Assembly (NCBI GenBank): GCA_964016885.1
Contig: OZ024762.1
Span: 17,050,001 to 17,114,000 of the forward strand
Source of the DNA: Eledone cirrhosa
Taxonomy: Eukaryota
Direction of reading: 5' to 3'
DNA length: 64,000 bases
Part shown: one piece after another, positions 1-11,390 of the stretch
Position numbering within the stretch: the stretch's first letter is position 1
How the letters are laid out: each line of letters opens with the position of its first letter
Notes under the pieces: model-generated
What the model was told of the DNA's origin: nothing
Seen by the model: only the letters and a program-made list of their open reading frames with translations
Databases searched by the model: none
Made by a program: the position numbers and the translations under genes

Positions 1-290
1 ACAACATAAAAGAAAGAAAAGAAGTTGATTGTCAGATTGGACCAAGGAAACAGCGTTTCCTTTGGTATTTCCATTGCTGATACTGTCTGCTAGTCATAAC
101 ACATAAGAGAAGAAAAGAACTAATTGTCAGATAGGACCAAGGAAACAATGTTTCCATTAGTTTTTCCATTACTGATATTATCTGTTGGTCATAACACCTA
201 ACAGAAGAAAGGAGCTAATTGTCAGATCTGACCAAGGAAACAATGTTTCCATTAGTCTTTCCATTACTGATATTATCTGTCAGTCACAAC
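1..290. repeat. Three diverged tandem copies (~96 bp) of a SINE tail segment
   Basis: Unit 'gtcagat.gaccaaggaaacaatgtttcc..tagt.tttccatt.ctgata' recurs at ~39, ~134 and ~230; resembles the SINE tail at 24220-24310, 35295-35390 and (reverse complement) 51940-52030. Confidence 0.6.
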
Positions 291-560
291 TTCTGGTGTT
301 TGAGGACTGTGCTCCTATGATTCTCTCAGGAATAAGAGGGCAAGAAACCTATGAGATACCTCATATAAAGCCAGCTAAACCTACAGAGGTGTGAGCTGTA
401 ACATGATAAGACTGAGGGCCCTATCATTAAAACATACAAGAAACCTTCTGTGAGATACAACCTTGTAGAAGGTCAGCTAAACCCACATAGGCAAGAGCTG
501 TAACATAAGCCTGAAATTGTACCTGATTCTATGATACAAAATTCTTTGTTTCAAAGGGTT

Positions 561-905
561 CATCATCATTCATCATTTCATTTTACGTCCGCTTTTTCCC
601 TGCTTGCAAGGGTGGGACGGGAACTAATGCTGGCTTGATTTCTACAGCTGGATGCCCTTCCTAACACCAACCTCACTTACAGTGAGTGCTGGGTGCTTTT
701 TTGCCGTGGCACCTCCACGATCACTTTGCAGTGGAATGATAGGGACCCCAGTCCCTATCATCTCATTTCTACAGCTGAGTAAACTGGAGCAATGTGAAAT
801 AAAGTGTCTTGCTCAAGGAAACAACACATCACCCGGTCTGAGAATTGAACTCACAACCTTTCGATTGCAAGGCCAATCCTCTAACCACTAATCCATGTGC
901 CTCCA
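561..905 (-). mobile_element. tRNA-derived SINE, family 1 (RTE-type 3' tail)
   Basis: Minus strand has a tRNA-like head (tagtggttag A-box, gagttcaattc B-box), central 'tccttgagcaagacacttta' domain and (gat)n tail; near-identical copies at 17376-17716, 30090-30401, 34818-35151 and 54427-54758. Confidence 0.85.
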
Positions 906-1221
906 TATTTATCAAAAAAAACTTCCATCACAATTTTATATAAGTTATGTTCTTAACAGCAGCTTAATAAAGTGGAAGTTAATTATATTACTAAATCCCT
1001 ACAAGTTCTTATTTTAAAATTTTATGGTAATGAAATGGTTAATAAACCTGGGCAAAGCTGGGTATGATTGCTAGTTGCTAATAAAAGGAATGATAGAAAG
1101 AAATGGTGATGATAGATCAGAACAGTAAAATAGCCACACTGATGGATAAAATAACAACAGCAACAGCAACAACAACAACTAGAAGCAAGCTGCATATAAA
1201 AACACAAAAGACACACACACT

Positions 1222-1303
<82 letters not shown>

Positions 1304-1621
1304 GTATGTATATATATATATATATTTAGTGAGAGATAGAGAGGAGATAACCAACACACATACACACACCTGCGCCAGCTACATGGAGGAACTGACATTA
1401 CGGTAAAGAGGCTAAGTAGGTGGTGAGAATGTTGGCTCGATAGTGCTCAACCTACCTACGTCCCAGGGTGGCACCTGTCGTAGAAAATGGCGGTAACACA
1501 TTAGAATGTCTTTCTTCATTACAACGGAAATTAATTAAGACAAAATTTCAGGTGCGGAAAAAAAAAAAAAAAAAGTGGGGGGTAGGGGGGCAATTCAAAA
1601 TTCAGTTGAAATATTTAATCT

Positions 1622-2256
1622 GTGTTGATGATGATGATGATGATGATCGTGATGATGGTGGTAGTGATGATGATGGTGGTGATGATGGTAGTGATGATGG
1701 TGGTAGTGATGATGGTGGTGGTGATGATGGTGGTGATGATGATGGTAGTGATGATGGTGGTAGTGATGGTAGTGATGATGATGGTGGTGGTAGTAGTGGT
1801 GGTGGTGGTGATGATGGTGGTGATGGTGGTGGTGATGATGGTGGTAGTGATGATGGTGGTGATGATGGTGGTGGTGATGATGGTGGTGATGATGGTGGTG
1901 ATGATGATGGTATTGATGATGGTGGTAGTGATGATGATGATAGTGATGATGGCAGTGATGATGATGGTAGTGATGATGGTGATGATAGTGGTGGTGGTAG
2001 TGGTTATGATGATGGTGATGGTGGTGGTGGTGGTGGTGGTGGTAGTGATGATGGTGGTGGTGGTAGTAGTAGTGGTGGTGGTAGTGATGATGGTGGTGGT
2101 AGTAGGAGTGGTGGTGGTAGTGATGATGATGGTGGTAGTAGTGATGATGGCGGTAGTGATGATGATGATGATGATGGTGGTAGCAGTGGTAGTGATGATG
2201 ATGACGGCGGTGGTGGTGATGATGATAATGGTGATGGTGGTAGTGGTGGTGACATC

Positions 2257-2298
<42 letters not shown>

Positions 2299-2300
2299 AG
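1622..2300. repeat. (GAT/GGT)n compound trinucleotide microsatellite
   Basis: Directly visible; explains the low-complexity ORFs in several frames. Confidence 0.95.
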
Positions 2301-2398
2301 TAGCGATCATAAACACAAACATTTCAAACAGGTGAATTAATAAAAAGAAACGAGAAAAGATTTAAAAAAAAAAAAAAATGTCAAGGGAGTGAACTTAC

Positions 2399-2414
2399 CT
2401 GTTCCAGAATCTCC

Positions 2415-2449
<35 letters not shown>

Positions 2450-2938
2450 AATTGTCTGTTGTCATGGCTGCAATGGAACTCTTCTCCAGGTCCTTCAAGT
2501 TCAAATCTTTAACCCTTTCCATCAGTTCGCTCTCCTTCGACTCCTTCTCCCTAATTTCATTCTCAACTTGGTTTAGCTGTTCATTCAACTCCTGCAGTAT
2601 TTCCTCGTGTTTTCCGTCATCAGTAGATTCCTCTTCCAGTTTCTTCCGCATCGTGTTAATCTCACTTTCAAATTTCTTCACCTCTGACTCCAGTTCTCTG
2701 CTCAGCTCGGCAATCCGGCCATCAGCTTCCCTCAGTCGGTCTTCCATGCTGTCCAGTTTCAGTCTGTGACTGGCCAATTCCAACTTCAACACGTTCTCCC
2801 TGTGGATTTCTTTGTCTACGACACGTTCCCAGTTCCCGTCTTCCGCTTCCTCCAGCTCCTCCGCGTAGCTGTTCGACAGACTTTCAAACGCGGCAATCTC
2901 TTTCCCATTTTCAAACTCTTCTTCGGCTGAGATAATTT
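2399..2938 (-). CDS. RASSF8: RASSF7/8-type protein, second coding exon (coiled coil)
   Basis: cag acceptor at 2941-2939 and G|gtaagt donor at 2398; phase 1 joins exactly to the upstream exon (G+AA=E). Encodes EIISAEEEFENGKE...WERVVDKEIHRENVLKLELASHRLKLDSMEDRLRE..., an E/K/L heptad-rich coiled coil typical of N-RASSF proteins. Confidence 0.8.
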
Positions 2939-2991
2939 CTGTGATGCAATAAACAGAAAAGTAAAGGAATTACATTTTATTTTATAAAAAT

Positions 2992-3175
2992 AATAATTGT
3001 TTCTACTTTTGGCACAAGGCCAGCAATTGCCCAGTGTATTACTGGTACTTTATTTTATCGACCCCGTAAGGATGAAAGGCAAAGTTAACCTCGGCGGGAT
3101 TTGAACTCAGAATGGCAAGGGCCGTATATCTATGCGTCAAAGCATGGCGTCCGACCCTCTACCGATACTGCCAAT
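2992..3175 (-). mobile_element. tRNA-derived SINE, family 2 (Meta-SINE-like central domain)
   Basis: Head tggcagtatcggtagag...gagttcaaatcc and core 'ctttgcctttcatccttacggggtcgataaaataaagtaccagt'; more than 12 copies in the window. Confidence 0.8.
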
Positions 3176-3850
3176 AATAATAATGATAATGAAATTATTG
3201 TGTACAGTGCTCAGGTGCATTATAACTCATCAAAGGTGCATGTATAGTACATAGAATAATGTACAAATGTCAGGAAAATGAACAGTGTATGAGTCATGAT
3301 ATAATAATAATAATAATAATGAAATATTGTGTACAGTGCTCAGGTGCACTACAACTCATCAAAGGTGCATGTATAGTACATAGAATAATGTACAAATGTC
3401 AGGAAAATGAACAGTGTATGAGTCATGATATAATAATAATAATAATAATAATAATGAAATATTGTGTACAGTGCTCAGGTGCACCACAACTCATCAAAAA
3501 GTGCATGTACAGTACATAGAGCAATGCACAAACATCAGGAAAATGAACAGTGCATGAGTCATGATACACACATGTGCATGTGTATGGAAGAGGTACATCA
3601 GGTGTAGTTTTGGCGTATTTCGGGAAGCATGAGTGTCTTAAAGGATGCAATGTCTCGGCAGTTAACTGACGCAGGCAGTTTGTTCCATGCTTCAGCAACT
3701 CTGAGCGTGAAAAAAATTTCTACGAAAGTCATGGGAGCTGTGCTGTTTTCTGATTTTGTAGGCATGTCCATGTGTGTTGGACACATGGAGATCAAAAAGG
3801 TGCTCAGGGTTGCAATTGGCGAGATGGTTAATAACTTTGCCAGACGTTTT
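3174..3850 (-). mobile_element. 3' fragment of CR1-like LINE with triplicated 3' end
   Basis: Matches the 3' end of the LINE at 22052-22450 (FFTLRVAEAWNKLPAS); the terminal ~125 bp plus (tta)n tail occurs three times. Confidence 0.8.
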
Positions 3851-3992
3851 TTTTTAAACCTCAAAAACCTAAAAAACTAAAAAAAACTAAAAAATGTTAA
3901 TCTTTAGCACGCTGAATGTTTTAATTAATTACTTCCCTTGGACACTGAATTATGTATTAAGGGAAGCTTACTTTATTGTTGCCAACAGCATG

Positions 3993-4180
3993 TTAACCCT
4001 TTAGCATTTAAATCGGCCAGAATTCCTTCACTTCTTTCTGTTCAAACCGGCCACTCATACAAAATAAATAACATCAAAATCTCATAGATTCGATATTATG
4101 TGAGATAATTATGTGAGGTAAGGCCTTTACCACAAAAATACAATAGTATATATCGAGTAATGTAAATGGTAAAGGGTTAA
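3993..4180. mobile_element. piggyBac-type MITE
   Basis: TTAA|ccctttagcattt...aaatggtaaaggg|TTAA: TTAA target duplication and CCC...GGG terminal inverted repeats. Confidence 0.8.
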
Positions 4181-4429
4181 AGGATAACTGAATGTATGGA
4201 AACCAGTGTTTCAAGGTCCATTTTACAACCAACCCTCCACTCCCTGGTTAAAGCAGGGGTTAGCATAGTGTCTAAAAAAAGTCTGTTTTAAGCCATTTAA
4301 AGCTTGTTAGGGTGGTGTTTATCCTGATTACATGGTGTGAAGCGACTGAGAGTACAAGACTTCCCCCTGGACAGGACACCAGTCCATCGTAGGGTTAAAC
4401 CCCCAGCTATTGCTGGCACTCATTTTCAC

Positions 4430-5370
4430 AACACCACCACCTCCACACCAGCATACCAGATACATTACTACACCACACCTCCACCACATCACTGACACAC
4501 CACCACACCAAGGACACATCACTACACCACACCTCCACCACATCACTGACACACCACCACACCAAGGACACATCACTACACCACACCAATGCACACTATC
4601 ACACCACCACAGACACATGCTTACTACACCATAACACCACTGACACACTCCATAACACCACACCTTCACCAATGTACCCCATCACACCACCACCACATGA
4701 CTTCCCCTGTCAAACTCTCATCTCAACAACTTGGGAAACTTACCTTAATGAAGCAAACCTGTCAATGAAATCTATACAGGTGTCTGCATGTTTTTCATTC
4801 ATTCCCACACACAGGTGTGTGTGTGTGTATACACACACCTGTCTGTATACACACAGGTGCATACACACACACACACACACACACAGGTGTATACACACAC
4901 ACATGTGCATACACACACATGCTTTTCATCCCCCCCCCCATGTATATACACATACACACATGCTTTTCACACACCCCCACACATATGTATACATACAGAC
5001 AAATACATTCACACACAGATGTATACACACATATACACACACTGATGTATACACACATATATATACACAGATGTATACACACATTTATACACACATATAC
5101 ACACACAAATGTATACACACATATATACACACAGATGTATACACACATAAATACACACAGATGTATACACACATATACACACAGATGTATACACACATAT
5201 ACACACAGATGTATACACACATATACACATATATACACACAGATGTATACACACAGATGTATACACATATATATATATACACACACATACATAATCACAG
5301 ATGTATATACATACACACAGATGTATACACACACAGACGTATACACACACAGACGTATACACACATACAG
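4430..5370. repeat. CAC-rich and (ACAC/GTAT) degenerate micro/minisatellites
   Basis: Directly visible low-complexity tandem arrays. Confidence 0.85.
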
Positions 5371-5489
5371 ATGTTACTGAAGCAATATAAAATCTTGTAG
5401 CAATGACACAACACGCTCCACCTGGTTTCTAAATCAAACTCACAACCCCTTGATTGTGAGTTCTGCACCCTGTGAAACAAAAAAACAAT

Positions 5490-6540
5490 TTAACTCTTTC
5501 ACATTTACACTACTCTATATATACTATTCTATTTTCACAGTAAAGGCTTTACCTCACATAACATTACATTACACTATATATACTATTGTATTTTCACAGT
5601 AAAGGCTTTACCTCACATAACATTACTCTATATATACTATTGTATTTTCACAGTAAAGGCTTTACATCACATAACATTACTCTATATATACTATTGTATT
5701 TTCACAGTAAAGGCTTTACCTCACATATCCCACATAACATTACATTACTCTATATATACTATTGCATTTTCACAGTAAAGGCTTTACCTCACATAACATT
5801 ACATTACACTATATATACTATTGTATTTTCACAGTAAAGGCTTTACTTCAAATAACATTTACATTACTCTATATATACTATTGTATTTTCACAGTAAAGG
5901 CTTTACCTTACATAAAATCTCACATAACATTTACATTACTCTATATATATTATTATATTTTCACAGTAAAGGCTTTACATCACATAACATTACTCTATAT
6001 ATACTATTGTATTTTCACAGTAAAGCCTTTACCTCACATAATATCTCACATAACATTTACATTACTCTATATATACTATTGTATTTTCATATACTATTGT
6101 ATTTTCACAGTAAAGGCTTTACCTCACATATCCCACATAACATTACATTACTCTATATATACTATTGCATTTTCACAGTAAAGGCTTTACCTCACATAAC
6201 ATTACATTACACTATATATACTATTGTATTTTCAAAGTAAAGGCTTTACTTCAAATAACATTTACATTACTCTATATATACTATTGTATTTTCACAGTAA
6301 AGGCTTTACCTTACATAAAATCTCACATAACATTTACATTACTCTATACTTTTGTGTTTTCACGGTAAAGGCTTTACTTACATAACTATCTCATAATATC
6401 GAATCTATGAGATTTTGATGTTATTTATTTTGAGAACAATACCTCAACGTCAGTATGAGTGACCAGTTATAGCCGGTTTGAACAGAAAGAGGTGAGAGAA
6501 TTCTGGCCGGATATGGCAGGTTTAAATGCTAAAGGGTTAA
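5490..6540. mobile_element. piggyBac-type MITE expanded by internal tandem repeats
   Basis: TTAA at both ends with a ...gctaaaggg|ttaa TIR; internal array of 'tactctatatatactattgtattttcacagtaaaggctttacctcacataacat'. Confidence 0.8.
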
Positions 6541-6759
6541 TGAAATAAAAAATGAAAATTATTTTACACTTATTCTCCATGCTGGCATGGGTTTCATAGA
6601 TTTCTATAGACTGAGACAAGATATGGTTGGATAACTCTGTCTGTTTATCAAATATATAGAAACAGAAGGAGGGTGTGTGAAGTTGACGTAACGCACTGTC
6701 AACCTTTGTGAATATGAAGGACAGCATCACTGATTCTGATGTTGAAGAAAGACAATGTC

Positions 6760-7278
6760 AACATATGTGAAATTGATGATAGATACCATCAACGTTATGT
6801 GAAATTGATGACATACTGTCAATATATGTGAAATTGGTGACATACCGTCAATGTTATGTGAAATTGATGACATACCGTCAACAAATGTGAAATTGACGAC
6901 ATAGTATCAACAAATGTGAAATTGATAACATACCGTCAACAAATGTAAAATTGATGGCATACCGTCAACAAATGTGAAATTGACGACATAGTATCAACAA
7001 ATTTGAAATTGATAACATACCGTCAACAAATGTGAAATTGATAACATACCGTCAACAAATGTGAAATTGACGACATAGTATCAACAAATGTGAAATTGAT
7101 AACATACCGTCAACAAATGTGAAATTGATGACATACCGTCAACAAATGTGAAATTGACGACATAGTATCAACAAATTTGAAATTGATAACATACCGTCAA
7201 CAAATGTGAAATTGATAACATACCGTCAACAAATGTGAAATTGACGACATACCGTCAACAAATGTGAAATTGACATAC
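6760..7278. repeat. 29-bp minisatellite (~18 copies) abutting the RASSF8 splice donor
   Basis: Unit caacaaatgtgaaattgataacataccgt. Confidence 0.9.
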
Positions 7279-7282
7279 CCAC

Positions 7283-8936
7283 CTTGTTCTAAATCTTTAA
7301 TTAAAGTCTTTTTCAATTCAATCTCGTTATGTTGCCGTTCAATTAATTGATTCAGAAACTGGGCCTCTTGATCCCTCGCTGTTTGTTGGTCAACAAAGTT
7401 TTGTCCCTGCAACCTGTAATATTCTATGGTTGAGGTATTGGTGGTATTAGTGGTGGTTGTTGTTGTTGTTGTGGTTGGCATTGGAGACACAGCCGAGAGT
7501 GGGTAATTTCCCTCCAAGTCATATTCTTCAATGTCCGACAGAATCCTGTTCTCACGTAAGATGGATTTACTGCTGTTACCACCACCAGAATGGATGCTAC
7601 CAAACCCTTTACTTTTACCGTCAGCAAAGCTCGGACTTGAAATATTCTTAAACTCATTAAACGTTGATTTTTCCGTCACATCGTCATTTATATCTTTCCA
7701 CGTCTGAACATAGCAATTATTATTACTATTATTTTTACTCTCATTATTATTATTATAATAATTATTATTATTAGTGGTAGTAGTAGTGGTAGTGGTAATA
7801 TTAGGGGTCACATTTGAAGAATTATTTTTGCTGTAGTAGTTGTTATTTTTAGATATTTCAGTGATATTGGCAGCCCTGTTTTGGGAACTGGGTCTGGATA
7901 CATTATTGTGCAATATTCTACACGGTAAGTTGTCCCTTTTAGTAGCCACAGACAACTGGCTGTGACTCTGTATAGGGGAAACGGTACCGATTGTTCGTAC
8001 TGGTTGTTTGTCATTGTTAGATTTTAGCGGAAGATTTCGCGGTTTTGGCTGCGGCCTAATGGAAGATATAGGTTTTTGTATGTATGGAGGTTTGTTCTGA
8101 AATATTTGTTGATGATGTTGTTGTTGTTGTGGTGGTGGTGGATAATGTTGGTCAGAAAATGGTGGTGGTGAATGATGTTGGCTTGAAGATGACGATGGTG
8201 GTTGTGGTTGTTTAGCCTGAAATATTTGCTGTTGAGGTTGTCGTTGTGTATGGTATTGGTTTGAAGATGATGATGAGGATGATGGTGGTGGTGGTGGTGA
8301 TGGTTGAAGTTGTCTGCTCTGATGATGATGATGATATTGATGTTGATGATTTTGATGATATTGTGACGAGGAATTAACGGGGTATTGCTGTTGTTTAGGG
8401 ACTTGATTGTAATGATAGTATGAATGGGAAGAAGTTTGTGAAGGTGGTGTGGAAGATGTGGAGGACTGGTTCTGGGTAGCAAGGGGAAGGCTGCGCCGCC
8501 CTTGAGAGCGCGAAGGTCTAGACTTTTCCTGAGAACTGTAAGGAGCACCGCTGAACGTTAAGGATCTTTTCACGGTATAATCCGGCATTTGCGGGATCGG
8601 GGAGAAATTCTGTGCCCTTGAAGGGTCTTCTTTGGAAGGAATTTCAGATTTATCGACAGATTCTTTGGCCTTTTTATTAGCTGCAGTTGCACCGTCCGTT
8701 TGCTGCAACACAAACTGCACATCTGATGAATATTGGCCCCACTTCTGCAAAACCTCGAAGGGTTTCTCCCAAGGTGGTAAAGAACGTTCCTTGTTGCGCC
8801 ATTTCTCCAACAGAGAGAACCGACCGGCCCTTCCGATGGCGCGAGCAAGGGCAATGACAATGTCCTGACATGTGGTCTCCTCACTCACCCCACACACGAC
8901 CCGGACAATACCGTCGACCGTTACTTTTAGTTCCAT
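7283..8936 (-). CDS. RASSF8: RASSF7/8-type (N-terminal Ras-association domain) protein, first coding exon
   Basis: MELKVTVDGIVRVVCGVSEETTCQDIVIALARAIGRAGRFSLLEKWR...KWGQYSSDVQFVL closely matches the RASSF7/8 RA domain, with a KRSLTFSG motif (RKSLTFTG in vertebrates). Acceptor at 9002-9001 with a pyrimidine tract; donor CAAG|gtgggt at 7282, phase 1 (1654 nt). Confidence 0.9.
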
Positions 8937-9062
8937 GTTAGTTCCAAAGTACCGTCACCTGTCAGACATCCGTGGTGACACCTCCACCATATTTCATATT
9001 CTGTAAAAGAAGACAAAAGATAAAATAGCAAAAGGTATAAAAATGGGTTTAATTCAAATGTA

Positions 9063-9106
<44 letters not shown>

Positions 9107-9157
9107 AGAGTATTGAAGTTTGCTTGAAGCATTGTGGAACAATAAGTAAATATCTTT

Positions 9158-9302
9158 TACTCTTCCCTCCATTCTACACATCTCACACATCTTATACATA
9201 CCACGCATCTCAACGTACACCCACTTACATCTCTCTCTCCACCACCGGACCTTGTTACCCGGAGATTTACCCATTTGCATTGTCGAGGCTTCCAAACGAC
9301 TT
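9158..9302. repeat. Unclassified interspersed repeat (second copy at 14017-14162)
   Basis: Near-identical ~145 bp 'ctcttccc...cattctacacatctcacac...ggcttccaaacgactt', both copies ending in (TA)n. Confidence 0.7.
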
Positions 9303-9307
9303 ATAGA

Positions 9308-9366
<59 letters not shown>

Positions 9367-9946
9367 AAAGTTATATTTAAAATTGTTGGGTTACAACTAG
9401 TAAATATTTATAACTGATATAAAAGCACTCGACAAATATTTGGAGTATATTTACAATATTAAATAAATGGAAACATAGGGTTTTTACGCCTCGAATATAT
9501 CTGGCTATTTTTAAATCTTTTCTCTCGCTATTTTTTTCTCTCTATATATTTTTTTCTCTCTCTATATATCTCCCTTACATTAATACTAGAGCTAAATAAA
9601 TAAATAAATAAATAAATGTATCATTGATACATTTACTCAACTGACCTCCCACTACCTAATTTTCTATATATATATGTATCTATCTCTATTTCCTCTCTCT
9701 CTATATATATATATCTCTTTCTGTTTCTTTACATGAAGTTCTTCTCTTTATCTATCTTTCCATCTCTCTATTTTGTTCCATGCATTTCTTCTTTTTCTTC
9801 CTTTTCTTCGTTTTCTGTCTTTCTTTCTTTTTTCTCTTTCTTTCTCTCTGTGTAAAATTTTTTCACTGCCAGTTCAACCTCTTCAAATGCAAGTCGGTGT
9901 TGTTACGGTATGTCGAATCTATTTATCTATAAAACTGTTTATATTG

Positions 9947-10012
9947 TATTTTGTCTGAGGAAGGCATAGCATATTGTTAATATGATATCCCCGAAATATA
10001 TATAATGAAATA
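9947..10012 (+). ncRNA. Type I minimal hammerhead ribozyme (family A)
   Basis: tattttgt CTGAGGA aggcatagcatattgttaatatgatatcccc GAAA tatata TA atgaaata; stem I flanks pair and stem III is palindromic. Confidence 0.7.
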
Positions 10013-10049
10013 AATATGGTTTTATAAATATAGTTTCCATTTATTTAAT

Positions 10050-10081
<32 letters not shown>

Positions 10082-10310
10082 TATCATCATCATCATTTCA
10101 TTTTACGTCCCCTTTTTCCCTGCTTGCAAGGGTGAGACGGGAACTGATTCTGGCTTGATTTCTACAGCTGGATGCCCTTCCTAACACCAACTATTCGAAT
10201 ATTAATAATAACATTCGATTCGTTTGCAATTATGCAAACAAGCCTCAATTTTATAGCCATGTCAGTAGAATGAACCCTTCATTCTTGCTTTCATGTTGGC
10301 ATGCGAACAA

Positions 10311-10359
10311 AACTGCAGACACTAATGTTTCTGGGTGATTACCCTTCATCAGTGCAGTT
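10311..10359 (-). ncRNA. Type I hammerhead ribozyme (family B, GUC site)
   Basis: Minus strand: aactgca CTGATGA agggtaatcaccca GAAA ca-ttag-tg TC tgcagtt. Confidence 0.85.
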
Positions 10360-10519
10360 CACTGTTCACCTTACAAACTGTCAGAGCTAGGGAAAATATA
10401 TGCTATTTTCAAAAATACACAGTGACTGATTGGCCTGATTTGCATATTAGCAGACTGGCTGATCAGTCAGATTTACGAATCGAATGTTATTATTAATATT
10501 CGAAAAACTCAGATACATT

Positions 10520-10558
<39 letters not shown>

Positions 10559-10627
10559 CTGTGTTCAGCCATTTTGAGTCAAGTTAAAATTATATGCATT
10601 TTGAGCGATGACTATTAAGTGCTGTCA

Positions 10628-10662
<35 letters not shown>

Positions 10663-10857
10663 CAACTTTAGACGGGAACAAAACAGAGGCAGACAAATAA
10701 AGGTTTATTAGGTTCACGCTCTTGAGAGTGTGTGTGTGTGTGGGGGGTGGGGTGGGGGCGACGACGACGTTACTGGCATAAGCCCTTCTTCAGGATAAAT
10801 AGGTTAGGAAGAGAGTTATATATATACATACATATATACATATACATATATATACAT

Positions 10858-11032
10858 GCACATGGATTAGTGGTTAGAGCATTGGCCTTGCAATCAAAAG
10901 GTTGTGAGTTCAATTCTCAGACTGGGTGATGTGTTGTTTCCTTGAGCAAGACACTTTATTTCACATTGCTCTAGTTCACTCAGCTGTAGAAATGAGATGA
11001 TAGGGACTGGGGTCCCTATCATTCCACTGCAA
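10858..11032 (+). mobile_element. SINE family 1, 5' half
   Basis: tRNA-like head plus central domain. Confidence 0.75.
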
Positions 11033-11059
11033 ATTTGCACCCTTATATTATGGAAATAA

Positions 11060-11139
11060 GCTGTCTGAAGATCTAATTCTTTCCATTGGAAATTCTCTGG
11101 ATTTCCAATCTTTTGATTAGTGAAACCGTCGGTAACAGC
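11060..11139 (+). ncRNA. Type I hammerhead ribozyme (family C, long stem II)
   Basis: gctgt CTGAAGA t-ctaatt..attggaaattc-tctg-gatttccaat..gattag-t GAAA cc-gtc-gg TA acagc. Confidence 0.8.
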
Positions 11140-11390
11140 AATAGAACAGGTGAATATTTAAATCGTTTTTTTATTTATTTAAAAGATTCTTTGATATTGC
11201 TTGCTCCGCTCATTTATATATATATATATACACACATACAACAACAACTTTTCACTCCTCCCGCTTTCCCCTCCTACATATATATTGAGACGAACAGACA
11301 GAGGGAGAAGCCGATTCTCTTTTATAATATAGATAGATTGAAAGAAATGGGATATTTTTTCATATATGTGTAATATCATTATATATAACA

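Noticed and set aside
1452-1474. Possible terminal RASSF8 exon (ttttctacgacag|GT GCC ACC CTG GGA CGT AGG TAG on the minus strand)
   Set aside because: Phase-compatible but only 7 codons with no recognisable RASSF C-terminal similarity; cannot be supported
1468-2340. 290-aa D/G-rich ORF and overlapping M/V and I/T ORFs
   Set aside because: Pure trinucleotide microsatellite open in several frames; no domain or splice support
7197-7282. C-terminal 28 aa of the 579-aa ORF
   Set aside because: Read-through into an intronic minisatellite; the donor at 7282 joins in frame to the coiled-coil exon
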